Source: a virus
DNA length: 64,000 nt
Reading direction: 5' to 3' (one strand)
IMG/VR virus record: IMGVR_UViG_3300042455_000321
Coordinates: 27,068 to 91,067 of that record
Shown here: piece after piece, positions 27,820 to 37,800 of the stretch
Position numbering within the stretch: the first letter of the stretch is position 1
Layout of the letters: each line of letters starts with the position of its first letter
Translations under genes and position numbers: made by a program
Notes under the pieces: generated by a model
Told to the model about the DNA's origin: nothing
What the model saw: only the letters and a program-made list of their open reading frames with translations
Database searches by the model: none

Positions 27820-28569
27820 ATGAGTTTTTTAGATAAATTAATTGACAAAGGTATAGACCCAGTAAGTTTAGGGACAGGTTTGTTCCAGGGCATTGCTGGT
27901 GTGGTTGGTAATATAAAAGCAAAAAAGCAATATAACCAAGCTGAAGAAGCCCATAAACTCGCTATGGGTGGAAGACCAAGTTTCCAAATATCTCCTGAAA
28001 TCAAACAAAGATTAGCTATGGAGCAGGCTCAGTATAATGCTGAAGACCAATCTGTAAAACAAGCTAGAGCAGCACAAGAACAAGCATTAGCTAACTATAT
28101 GGGAACTGCTCAAAGAAATGCTTCTAGCGGTAGTCAAGCTTTAGCTACAGCTGGTGAAGTTGCAGGTAATACAATGCAAGGTGCGGCTAGATTAGGTGCT
28201 CAACAGTTTCAAAACCAATTACAAAAAGGTCAAACTTTAGGCCAAGCTCAAAACGCTATGGCACAACAAAGAATGTTGAAATATGAAGATGCTTTAGCTG
28301 CTAATCAAGAAAAGCAAGCTTTTGAACTTGGTAAAATGCAAGCGTATAGACAAGATATTAATGACTCTAATAAAAATATTTTTGGTGCTTTACCTGGCGT
28401 TTTAGGTGGATTAAGTGGATTGTTTAGTAGAAACATGAAACAAGTTGACATTCCAGGAATAAGTTCAATTTCAAAACCTAGACCATTTGATGTAAGTTAC
28501 CAAGGACCTCAGCGTTCTTACCCAGGATTTGGGAATCAGAAAGTAAATTTTTCTGGATTTGGTGATTAA
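27820..28569 (+). CDS. putative internal virion/DNA pilot protein
   Basis: Gly-rich hydrophobic ends, Gln/Ala coiled-coil core. Confidence 0.62.
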   Translation: MSFLDKLIDKGIDPVSLGTGLFQGIAGVVGNIKAKKQYNQAEEAHKLAMGGRPSFQISPEIKQRLAMEQAQYNAEDQSVKQARAAQEQALANYMGTAQRNASSGSQALATAGEVAGNTMQGAARLGAQQFQNQLQKGQTLGQAQNAMAQQRMLKYEDALAANQEKQAFELGKMQAYRQDINDSNKNIFGALPGVLGGLSGLFSRNMKQVDIPGISSISKPRPFDVSYQGPQRSYPGFGNQKVNFSGFGD

Positions 28570-28575
28570 ATAATT

Positions 28576-28602
28576 AACCCCTCTTTATGAGGGGTTTTTC
28601 TT
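28576..28602. terminator. terminator between convergent operons
   Basis: AACCCCTC-TTTAT-GAGGGGTT followed by TTT. Confidence 0.8.
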
Positions 28603-31600
28603 TTAGTGTCCAGAGCTCTGCTTAACTTCTAATCTTATACCTTGTAGGTTAATTTGCTGATTTGTAGGGAAGTTTAATTGTACCCAAGGAGTTTTAGTTC
28701 TTATTCTATCTCCTACTATGTTTTGAGTATCATACTCTGTATTGGTAGTAGCGTTATTGCTCAATCTATTTCTATACACAGAGCTAAACATTTCTCCTTC
28801 TCTCATAGCGTAGTTGCCATCGCTAATCAAACTAATCTGGGTTAAGTTATTATTTACATTGGTAGAGTTGTCTCTAGCATATATAACTGTACTTGTAGTT
28901 GTTAATTGACCCATTAAGATTACTGATAATGGTTCTATTGTAGCAGGGTATGTACCTATGCTATATGGAGCAGCTATCCAAGCGCCTGTTGTAGCTTGAT
29001 TAAACACACCAGTAGTATTGTCAAATTCTTTATATAGTTTCAACCCAGTTGTACCGTATTGAGAACCAATAGAGAATACATCATCACCTACTCTTATCCA
29101 TTGGTCAGGATTATCTTCATATCCACCTATCCAAGTATTAGCTTGCCAGTTATATACATAAGATACATTCTTGTTTCCTATGTATTGATTAATATGATTA
29201 TCTCCACAGTTACCAGGATATTGTTTACCTGTTATACTTGGGTTAGGGCAAGTAACAAACAACTCATATGTGTATGGGTTAATACCACATTTAATATTAG
29301 CTGCACTATTAGCGCTATCATCAAATGGTAAGTTTCTAAATACTTGATTCCAAAGGAAGCCTGCTTTTTGTTGGCTAATAGGAGAAGCCCCATCTCCAGC
29401 AAACTGTATTATTTCCCTATTAAGGGCGTCTGCCCAGAAAACAATACCTTTGTACCCTACAACGCTTTGAGGGCTAATGCAACCCCAAAGATTAGTAAGT
29501 GGGAGTATTGTACCAAGTACACCTGCAGATGATGTTAACGCAGGGGTTTGGTCAGCAGAATATATTTGTTGTTGTCCTATTAATGCTATATAACTACCAG
29601 AGTTACATAACACCAACATACGTCCACCTTGGTTAGCTTCTTTGCTAGACAAGAATATAGTAGTAATTGGACCTGATGATTGGTCTACAGATGTTTCATC
29701 TAATGCGTCAAATGTAGATAACCCATTTACATTAGAGTTAGGTAATTTAACATTAGACCATCTAATAGAATTGGTTAATTGTTTTTGACCTATATTATCT
29801 ATAGGTGCAATTCTGCCAAAGTCATGTATCCAATTGATTTGATTTATTTCATAACGTGCTTTACTCAACATCATTTGAGAACCACCTTGCGCATCTCTTG
29901 ATTGAGTATATGTGTCTCCAAATAATTGACTTCCGCTTATATTAAATGGAGTTCCAAAAGTAGTAGAACTTGTTATTTCTCCAAACATTGCTACTTCATA
30001 TTCTGAAGGAGTTGTTAATACAGGGGTATAAATACTTACAAATATTTCTTCTTGAAATCTTCTGACTGGGTAGCTAAAGCTAGCACCTGTCCATGGAGAT
30101 GGAGCTGAAGAGTCTAAAAATATTTGATTTATTTGTGCAGATATATAATTCAACATTGTTGCTCTATCTGCCCCTAATATAACGTATCCATCTATTGCAT
30201 TTATAACTGGATAAGTTAATGTTACAGGAGTTAAAGAACCAGTTGGTTTTATATTTAATTCACATAAATCACCAGCCGTATAGCTATATCCTAATCCATC
30301 TTTATAAAGTGATGACAAAGGAATTGCTAACCCATAATATTCTAATTTTGTTGAAGTTTCATTTTGGTCATAAACCAATACACCATCAGCATTTTTATAA
30401 GCAAAACGCATCATGTCTGGCATGAAAGAAATAAAATTAGATGCCTTAGTATTTTTTGCAACACATATAGAATAATAGTTAGCCCAACTAGGTATTACTC
30501 CACCAGCTTGCGTTATAGTAGTATCAAAATCTACATACTCTAAAAGTTGTTTATTTACTGGTTCATATGTAGGTACATTAATAGAGTTAATTTTTTTAAC
30601 TCCAGATTTTCTTAAAGCACTATCGTAATACTGAATACCATACTCATATGAAGAGTTAGGATAAAATGCTCTTTGTTTTAAACCTGATGCATAAGCAGCT
30701 GCATTTAAAACAATACAGTTTTGACCTACACTATTACTTAATGGGTATATAAATTCATCTCCAGTTGTGCCTAATACTACATTAGCTGCAAACTCATTTA
30801 ATTCTTTTAATATATTTAATCGGATTCCTCTAGCAGGAGTATTATAAACATCTTCTAGTTTAGGGTCTCCAGTTTCATTTAATTTAATTAATGACTTCTC
30901 AGATATGTAATGGGGCAATTCAATTAAATTACCACTATACCCATCAATAGACTTACTTAAAGTCAATGTTCCATCAGGAGCAACAGTTGCAGGATTTGAT
31001 TGCTCAAATATTATAGTACCACAATCTACAGGAAACCCATAGTTTACGCCATTAACATAATCTCTTGTTATAATACAACAATAATAAAATCCTGTAGAAG
31101 CTCCTTGGTTTCTTACCATTAATAAAGTTGGAGTACCCCCAAGTATTGGTCCGTTATTTCCTGCTGGTGAACTACCCCAAGATACTTGTGCACTTGTAGG
31201 TGCTGTATATAGTCCTGTAGTTACATCTGCAGGGATATCTGGAGGTGTTGCTGGTGTATTATAACCTTCAAGATTATTTGCCAAGAATAGTCTATTAGAG
31301 GCTAATTCTAAAGCTTTAGAAGTTATAGGTAAACTATCAAATTGTTTAAAAGCTTCTGTAGATGATAAGGTATATTGTATATTTGTACCATTCCAATTTT
31401 GATAGGTAATAAATATAAATGGAGCACCTGGGTCATTATGGTCTGCTACTAACTGAGCATCAGTATAACTAACTGGACCAAATCCAAAGTTATAAGTTCT
31501 TGAAGTTTGGTCATATTTATCAAACACCCTAATTACTTGATATGATGCAGTCTCTAAATTAATAGCAACAAATTCTATTTTCTTCCAATTATCAGGAATA

Positions 31601-32508
31601 ACCTGTGCTTTATCTAAATCTATTGTAACTATATTAGAGCTATAAGATAGTGCAGTTATTTCTTCTTGTCTAGCTGACAAAGAAGTTACACTATAAGGAG
31701 CTAATACAGATATAAAGTTGTCCTCATTGGTTATTCTATAAGTAAACTGATAGTTATTCTTTTGTATAATAATAGGGTCAGTTGCACTACTTCCTCTAAC
31801 ACTTGTTAAAGGTACGTGACCTGGCTCTGTAATTAAAGATAACTCTTCAAAAGAAGGTTTATTAGTATAGTAATCTTTATTTACATCAACATATCTAATG
31901 TTGTTTCTATTATCAGTAAATATCAATTGATTGCCACTAACCCTAGCAGATATAAAGTCAGTAGGTAAAAACCCTAAATCATCTATCCCTGAATTATTAA
32001 CCCATTCTCCATTTAATAATACAGATGATTGGCTTGGCTTGATTGTAGTTATTTTAGAACCTGAAGCATCATATTGTAAAGCCACTTTTACTATATAAGA
32101 GTTAGCAGTTTCAATAGGATTGCCATATTGAGGTGTATAAATAAATAAGTAAATGTATCTTGTATTGCTACTTAACGACTCTGTGTCATCAGTTGCATAC
32201 CCAATACATTTAGCACCATCTTTGTCATAACCCCTAACGTAGTTTCTATTACTAACAAATGGGTTTAACCCAGGCATCGAAGTAAATAAACTTGTCCAAT
32301 CTGTATTACCTGCAAATGGTTCTATAACACCTGCATCTCCACCTGTATTATAACTTTCCATACCACCACCTTGTCCATCACTAGGGCCTAATAAAGAACC
32401 CAAAGAAAAATGGACATTCATAGCAGAAGAATACGACTCCTTGTCTTGAAGATGGGGAGCCGTATCAGTATCTAAACCTTTCGTAAAAAGTTTTGTAATT
32501 TGAGCCAT
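28603..32508 (-). CDS. tail nozzle/stabilisation protein (crAss muzzle / P22 gp10-like)
   Basis: F.KGL.TD......Y..A.N start, Y.F.YR, NRLFLAN, YEYGIQYYD...R.S, IRWS motifs. Confidence 0.75.
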   Translation of the reverse strand: MAQITKLFTKGLDTDTAPHLQDKESYSSAMNVHFSLGSLLGPSDGQGGGMESYNTGGDAGVIEPFAGNTDWTSLFTSMPGLNPFVSNRNYVRGYDKDGAKCIGYATDDTESLSSNTRYIYLFIYTPQYGNPIETANSYIVKVALQYDASGSKITTIKPSQSSVLLNGEWVNNSGIDDLGFLPTDFISARVSGNQLIFTDNRNNIRYVDVNKDYYTNKPSFEELSLITEPGHVPLTSVRGSSATDPIIIQKNNYQFTYRITNEDNFISVLAPYSVTSLSARQEEITALSYSSNIVTIDLDKAQVIPDNWKKIEFVAINLETASYQVIRVFDKYDQTSRTYNFGFGPVSYTDAQLVADHNDPGAPFIFITYQNWNGTNIQYTLSSTEAFKQFDSLPITSKALELASNRLFLANNLEGYNTPATPPDIPADVTTGLYTAPTSAQVSWGSSPAGNNGPILGGTPTLLMVRNQGASTGFYYCCIITRDYVNGVNYGFPVDCGTIIFEQSNPATVAPDGTLTLSKSIDGYSGNLIELPHYISEKSLIKLNETGDPKLEDVYNTPARGIRLNILKELNEFAANVVLGTTGDEFIYPLSNSVGQNCIVLNAAAYASGLKQRAFYPNSSYEYGIQYYDSALRKSGVKKINSINVPTYEPVNKQLLEYVDFDTTITQAGGVIPSWANYYSICVAKNTKASNFISFMPDMMRFAYKNADGVLVYDQNETSTKLEYYGLAIPLSSLYKDGLGYSYTAGDLCELNIKPTGSLTPVTLTYPVINAIDGYVILGADRATMLNYISAQINQIFLDSSAPSPWTGASFSYPVRRFQEEIFVSIYTPVLTTPSEYEVAMFGEITSSTTFGTPFNISGSQLFGDTYTQSRDAQGGSQMMLSKARYEINQINWIHDFGRIAPIDNIGQKQLTNSIRWSNVKLPNSNVNGLSTFDALDETSVDQSSGPITTIFLSSKEANQGGRMLVLCNSGSYIALIGQQQIYSADQTPALTSSAGVLGTILPLTNLWGCISPQSVVGYKGIVFWADALNREIIQFAGDGASPISQQKAGFLWNQVFRNLPFDDSANSAANIKCGINPYTYELFVTCPNPSITGKQYPGNCGDNHINQYIGNKNVSYVYNWQANTWIGGYEDNPDQWIRVGDDVFSIGSQYGTTGLKLYKEFDNTTGVFNQATTGAWIAAPYSIGTYPATIEPLSVILMGQLTTTSTVIYARDNSTNVNNNLTQISLISDGNYAMREGEMFSSVYRNRLSNNATTNTEYDTQNIVGDRIRTKTPWVQLNFPTNQQINLQGIRLEVKQSSGH

Positions 32509-32520
32509 TAAAAAGCTTTA

Positions 32521-33984
32521 TTAGTTGTCAAATAATTGCAAGTATTTAATACCTAAACCTGGTATATAAACTCTTATTTTTTGATTAGATGGAGTATTTG
32601 CTGGCGTACCATCAATTAATGCATCGTCAACATAAAATTCAGGGTCAGGATTATTTGCATTATGAACACCAATTGCCTTAGCTACACCTGGGTTATAACC
32701 ACCTAGTTTATATGTTCCATTAGTTTCATTAATATCAACACCATAGTTTGTACTACCTAATCTGTAAGCGTCATTAGATGTATTCATAATTAAACCAGCA
32801 CCTGCACTTTCGCTTAAAGTATAAACTTGATTTAATAAATCTATTTTTAAACCAAAATTATTTGTGTCATTGCCCATAAAGAAAGTCTCGTTTATGATGT
32901 CAATTTTTAATAATCTATGGTTAGTAGCACCACCTAATATACTAATACCAGTTGATGGAAATAAAGTTAATCCTCTATCGTATGTTGCATCTCCTAAGAA
33001 AATACCATTTGACGCAGAGTTAATACTTAAACCTCTTGGGAAAGAAGCATCACCTAAAAATATAATTTTAGTAGTATTGTTGTAACTCAATTGCATTTCA
33101 TTAGTACCAAATCTACCAATTGCAGATGAAGTTAATGTCATACCTGAAGAGTTAGACGTAAACCCTGCAAATAAAGAAGTTGCTGTATAGTCAAACTTAA
33201 CTGTTGAGCTTCCTAAATAACCAGTTGTATCTGCTAATATAAGACCTACATTTGTACTGTAATTACCTAATTTGTAAGTTGGCGCTACCGTATCAATACG
33301 AAGACCTTTAGTTGCAATTGCATCACCTAATGCATATACTGAGTTATTACCATCAATAGAAAGTTGTTTTCTTGTATCTAAATCTCCAACAAGATGAATG
33401 TTCCCATTAAGGTCTAATCTAATACCTTTGTTAGCTGCTCCTTTCTTAGTAGAAACCGTTTGAACTTTATCATCTACAGTAAATATAACATCGTTACCTA
33501 CAGAGTCAGTATCACCACATTGGAAATATGGACCAGAAGAAGTAGAGTTGTTTGCAACAAAGCTACCACCTACCATTTTAATTTCATTAGTAGTTTGTTG
33601 TAATAAACTTTGAATAAAGTTAGAACCATCACTATATGGAAAATATCCTGCAGCAATTGCAGTTAATACACCAAACTCTAATATGTTCCAATATCCATTG
33701 CTACCTGCTGGAAAGAAAATAGCTGATACTGGAGTTAAGTTCCAAAAGTAAAGACCATTATTAGCAACTGTAGCATCTTCTGTTACAATAGCTAATTGAG
33801 AGCTTTCATTGTTTAGAACACTTAATGTTCCTGTATTTTCAGTTACTTGTGCTCCATTTTGAGAGAACAAAAGTTTAACTTCATCTTGAATACCTTTCAA
33901 TGAGGTATCAGTCCATTCTACTTTACCAGAAGGAGTTTGTTTTGCGTTAGTAATTAAATTACTTAAAGTATCTAAAGTTGCCAT
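32521..33984 (-). CDS. tail fibre/spike protein
   Basis: Repeated LGD....GL.I beta motifs; N-terminal anchor shared with two paralogues. Confidence 0.65.
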   Translation of the reverse strand: MATLDTLSNLITNAKQTPSGKVEWTDTSLKGIQDEVKLLFSQNGAQVTENTGTLSVLNNESSQLAIVTEDATVANNGLYFWNLTPVSAIFFPAGSNGYWNILEFGVLTAIAAGYFPYSDGSNFIQSLLQQTTNEIKMVGGSFVANNSTSSGPYFQCGDTDSVGNDVIFTVDDKVQTVSTKKGAANKGIRLDLNGNIHLVGDLDTRKQLSIDGNNSVYALGDAIATKGLRIDTVAPTYKLGNYSTNVGLILADTTGYLGSSTVKFDYTATSLFAGFTSNSSGMTLTSSAIGRFGTNEMQLSYNNTTKIIFLGDASFPRGLSINSASNGIFLGDATYDRGLTLFPSTGISILGGATNHRLLKIDIINETFFMGNDTNNFGLKIDLLNQVYTLSESAGAGLIMNTSNDAYRLGSTNYGVDINETNGTYKLGGYNPGVAKAIGVHNANNPDPEFYVDDALIDGTPANTPSNQKIRVYIPGLGIKYLQLFDN

Positions 33985-33990
33985 ATTTTA

Positions 33991-34422
33991 TTAAGGTGTT
34001 ACAGTTATAGTTTTTACAGAAGCATCTGGCTTTACATATTTCAATGAGCCACCTTGGTAAAACAAGACAACCCCATTTGATTTTGCAGCAGGAGTAGTTG
34101 TTACAGTTGGGATATAACCATTTGTAGCTTGTAGATACCAAAACCCACCATCGTTAGCAGCTACAATTAAATCGCCATTAGCTGGCCCTGTAGCTTGCCA
34201 AGTGTAAAGTCCAACACCCAAAACTAATGCGCTTTGAGAGTTGTTCTTGCCTTGTGCACTTAAAGCTATAGTAGTAGGTACTACAACCATACCACGAGCA
34301 CGAAGTTCTTCAGCAATGTCGTCTTGTATGTCTTTCAACCCATTAGTACCAGACCAAGACACCGTATTGCTAGGTGTCTGGTCGGCATTAAAGATTTTAT
34401 TAAGTAAAGTTAGAATTGTCAT
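33991..34422 (-). CDS. virion structural protein (fibre-anchor paralogue)
   Basis: N-terminus similar to 41624..42379 and 32521..33984. Confidence 0.6.
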   Translation of the reverse strand: MTILTLLNKIFNADQTPSNTVSWSGTNGLKDIQDDIAEELRARGMVVVPTTIALSAQGKNNSQSALVLGVGLYTWQATGPANGDLIVAANDGGFWYLQATNGYIPTVTTTPAAKSNGVVLFYQGGSLKYVKPDASVKTITVTP

Positions 34423-34439
34423 TATTCCTATTATTTAGT

Positions 34440-34473
34440 ATATAATACGTTTATATTACCTATATAATACGCT
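34440..34473 (-). promoter_or_regulatory. tandem putative late-promoter motifs
   Basis: AACGTATTATAT at 34440-51 and AGCGTATTATAT at 34462-73. Confidence 0.75.
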
Positions 34474-34477
34474 TTAC

Positions 34478-34807
34478 TTAGATAACTTCAGCTCCTGGAA
34501 CAAAGGTTAAATTTAATTGAACAGCAGCCCAATCAAGAATCCAAGCGTTGCTTCCGTCCCATTCTGGGTATTGGTCAGGACCTAAAGTTAAGTTACCTTG
34601 GGTTAAAGTTGCACCACCCATTGCAGGAGTTGGAGTAGGGTCAGTAGCTCCTTCAACTGGAGTGGTTACTGGTGCTGCTCCTAACAAGCTGTAATAGAAT
34701 GTTGCAGAGTTTTCTAAGTTGTCATTTACAGAGATTAAGTTTAATACTACTGCTTCGTCTGTTTGTCCGTTTGTCCAGATTGCTACTGGCTCGATTGCTT
34801 TTTGCAT
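34478..34807 (-). CDS. tail fibre-associated small protein
   Basis: IEPV.IW.NG..., GNLT.....Y..W motif; follows the fibre gene. Confidence 0.6.
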   Translation of the reverse strand: MQKAIEPVAIWTNGQTDEAVVLNLISVNDNLENSATFYYSLLGAAPVTTPVEGATDPTPTPAMGGATLTQGNLTLGPDQYPEWDGSNAWILDWAAVQLNLTFVPGAEVI

Positions 34808-34830
34808 TTTTATTTGATTTTAAGGGTTTA

Positions 34831-37800
34831 TTAATCTACTTGATTTACTGTTAATATAGCTGATGCTGCACTTGGTGGTGGAGAACCTGCTGGATAGTAT
34901 TCTATTGATACTCTTGTGTGGTCTGAAGTTGACCATACCAATTGATAAAAATCTCCTGGTGCTGCTTCTACAAAGTAATTCCAAGCTGCTATGATTGTAC
35001 CTGGTGTACCTCCGTGAGAGTTAGGTACTGATACAAAACCAGCTGTTGCAGGAATGTCATCAGAAGTAGTATTACCATTCTTTCTTAACCAAATTGTAAC
35101 ATCTTTTATTTGTCCGTCTGTATTTTGCAATTGTAAGCTGAATTGGATATTATAGAAACCACCATTGCTCATTAAGATATAAGTACGGTCTCCAAATGGG
35201 TCAGCTACTACACTTATTCCGTGACCACTAATATCTGGTGTCGTAAACTTAACCCCATAGCCTGTATTGCTAGAAGCAGCTGTTTGAGTTGTATCTTCTT
35301 GGAAAGCACCAAATGATTTAGTTGTAGGTGATGGTATTGCTTGGGTTGATAAAGTACCTGCGCTATCTGCTACCACCATTCTAGTTCCAGAACCAGCTAA
35401 TGTATTAGCTTGAACATTACCTGAAGCATATACCTTTAATAGATTATCATTACCATAGAAACCTAAACCTAAATAATTGCTAGAACTAAAATCAGATGAA
35501 TGATTGTATATAATTGTTGCACTATTGTTATTGGAATTAGCTTTTCCTAGTAAGTAAGCTAATGATGTACCAGAAGATAAATCGCTTTTTAATGCATTTA
35601 TAGCCCAAGAATAATAGTCAAAAAATGCAACACTATTAGCACCACTTGTAAATCTAACTGTTCCATTAACATCTAATTTGTACCCAGCGTCTGTTGATGT
35701 ACCTATTAGTACATTACCAGTTCCTGCTATTCTAACTTTTTCTACATCATAAGGAGCAAAAGTAAATGCACTTCCTCTAAATTGAAATATTTTATAAGCA
35801 CTTGTATCTCTATTAAATGCTAACTGATAAACATAATCTGCATCTGTATTTAATTCCCAAGAAGTAGATACTTCTTTAACTGTTAATCTACCTACAGCGC
35901 TTGCTGTTCCTATGCCTACATTGCCATTAGAGTTGATACGCATACGCTCAACTCCACCACCTGCATTAAATGTTATTTTACCTCCCCCATAATTTTGTGT
36001 TATAGAAAGGATTTCATTACCAGCATCTTGTTGAATTGACGCTTGACCACCAATGCCTAAATTAGTTACATATGTAGAAGGATAACTTACAGAAAATCTT
36101 TGATAATTAGAGGTAAATACTTCTAATTGTCCATTAGGACTTGTTGTACCAATTCCTACACCCCAAGATGAACCTTGAGTTATACTTAATTTATTAATAC
36201 CATAATTAGAATCATAAATGTGATAATTATAACTACCACCAAGCATACCAGAATACCAATATGTGTTAAAACCTTCTCTATAGTTAATAGCAGTCGCATA
36301 ACCACTTCCCCCTCTTTCTATAGTGTATACCGCTTGACCTGCACTATATAATCTAGCATCAGCACCATTAACATCTAATTTGTAACCAGCGTCTGTAGTG
36401 GTATTTATAAGTACATTTCCAGAATTTGCTACAGCAAATGGATACGTTCCTTGTGTTATATTATTAATTTGTAAAGTACCACCAGCTGAACTATATATTG
36501 CATATTTGTTTCCTGTAGATGTAGAATTTAAATATATAGAAGCTATATTACTATTTGCAATACTCAAAGTAGTTTCTGTTCCTGATACTGCATTAAATCC
36601 GCCTGAAGCACCTATACCTACATTACCACTCGTAGTTATACGCATTCTTTCTGTAGGAATAAAATTTGTATTTGGCGTTAAACCGCTGTCGGTATAAAAT
36701 CTCATTACACCTCCATCTAAATTAATATTAGTAGCAGTAGTTTTATCACTATACCAATATCCAGAATTATTGTAATAAGATTCACCAGCAATATACTTAG
36801 AACCACCTGCTTGGATAGAACCTATATATATACCACTTCCATCTGCATAATCTTTAAATTTAGCATTCCAAAAAGGAGAAGGAGTCATACCTATAGTTAA
36901 AGAACCACTAATTGTACCTTGACCATTTACTTGTAATTTTTCTCCAGAATCTGTAGTAGTACCTATAAGTATATTACCAGTAGGTGTTATACGCATTCTT
37001 TCAGATATTGAACCATATGACGTATAAAACTTAAGATTAGCTACATTTATTCCAATGCCTTGTCCGTCTGATTCTAAACCTGCCCAAGCATTAGCATATG
37101 CACCATCTGTAGTTCCAAATCTTAATGAACCCCAAGTTCCAGCATTTGTTGTGCTTCTTATAGAAATATCACCATCTGTTATTTGTAACTTTTCAAATGG
37201 ATTTGAAGTTCCTATACCAACATTCCCTCCAGATGGATTTAATGAAAGAGGGAAAGCAGCATTATTATCATATTTTAAAGATTGCAACCAAGTTCCATAG
37301 GGACCTGATGCATATTGTCCTATAGCTAAACCTATATCAGAACCCCAAAAATAAGCAGCTGCATTAGCTCTAGTTATAGTATCTGATTGTAATCCTCTAT
37401 ATACATCTAATTTTGCTGTAGGGCTTGTTGTACCTATACCTACGTTTCCACCTGATGTAACTATAAAACGAGGAGTAAATGACGAATCAAATACTTTAAA
37501 TCCACTATCGTCTGCACCAATATACATATAACCTGCACTTGTAGCAGTTCTTTCTAATTTTAATTGAGCAGAACCACTTTGTACAGCTATTGTACTATAA
37601 TCCAAACCTGTTGCTGAAATTTTTCCTGCAACATTTATAAGATTACTGCCTTCAGATATAATACTACTACCGATAGTAGTAGAACCAGTAAACTTAGGGA
37701 TATAATTAGTAGTACCACTACCTGTTATACCATATGAAGATATACTATTAGAAGTAATAACTTGAGCTGCATATCTTTGTACTTGTACCGTATCAAAAGA

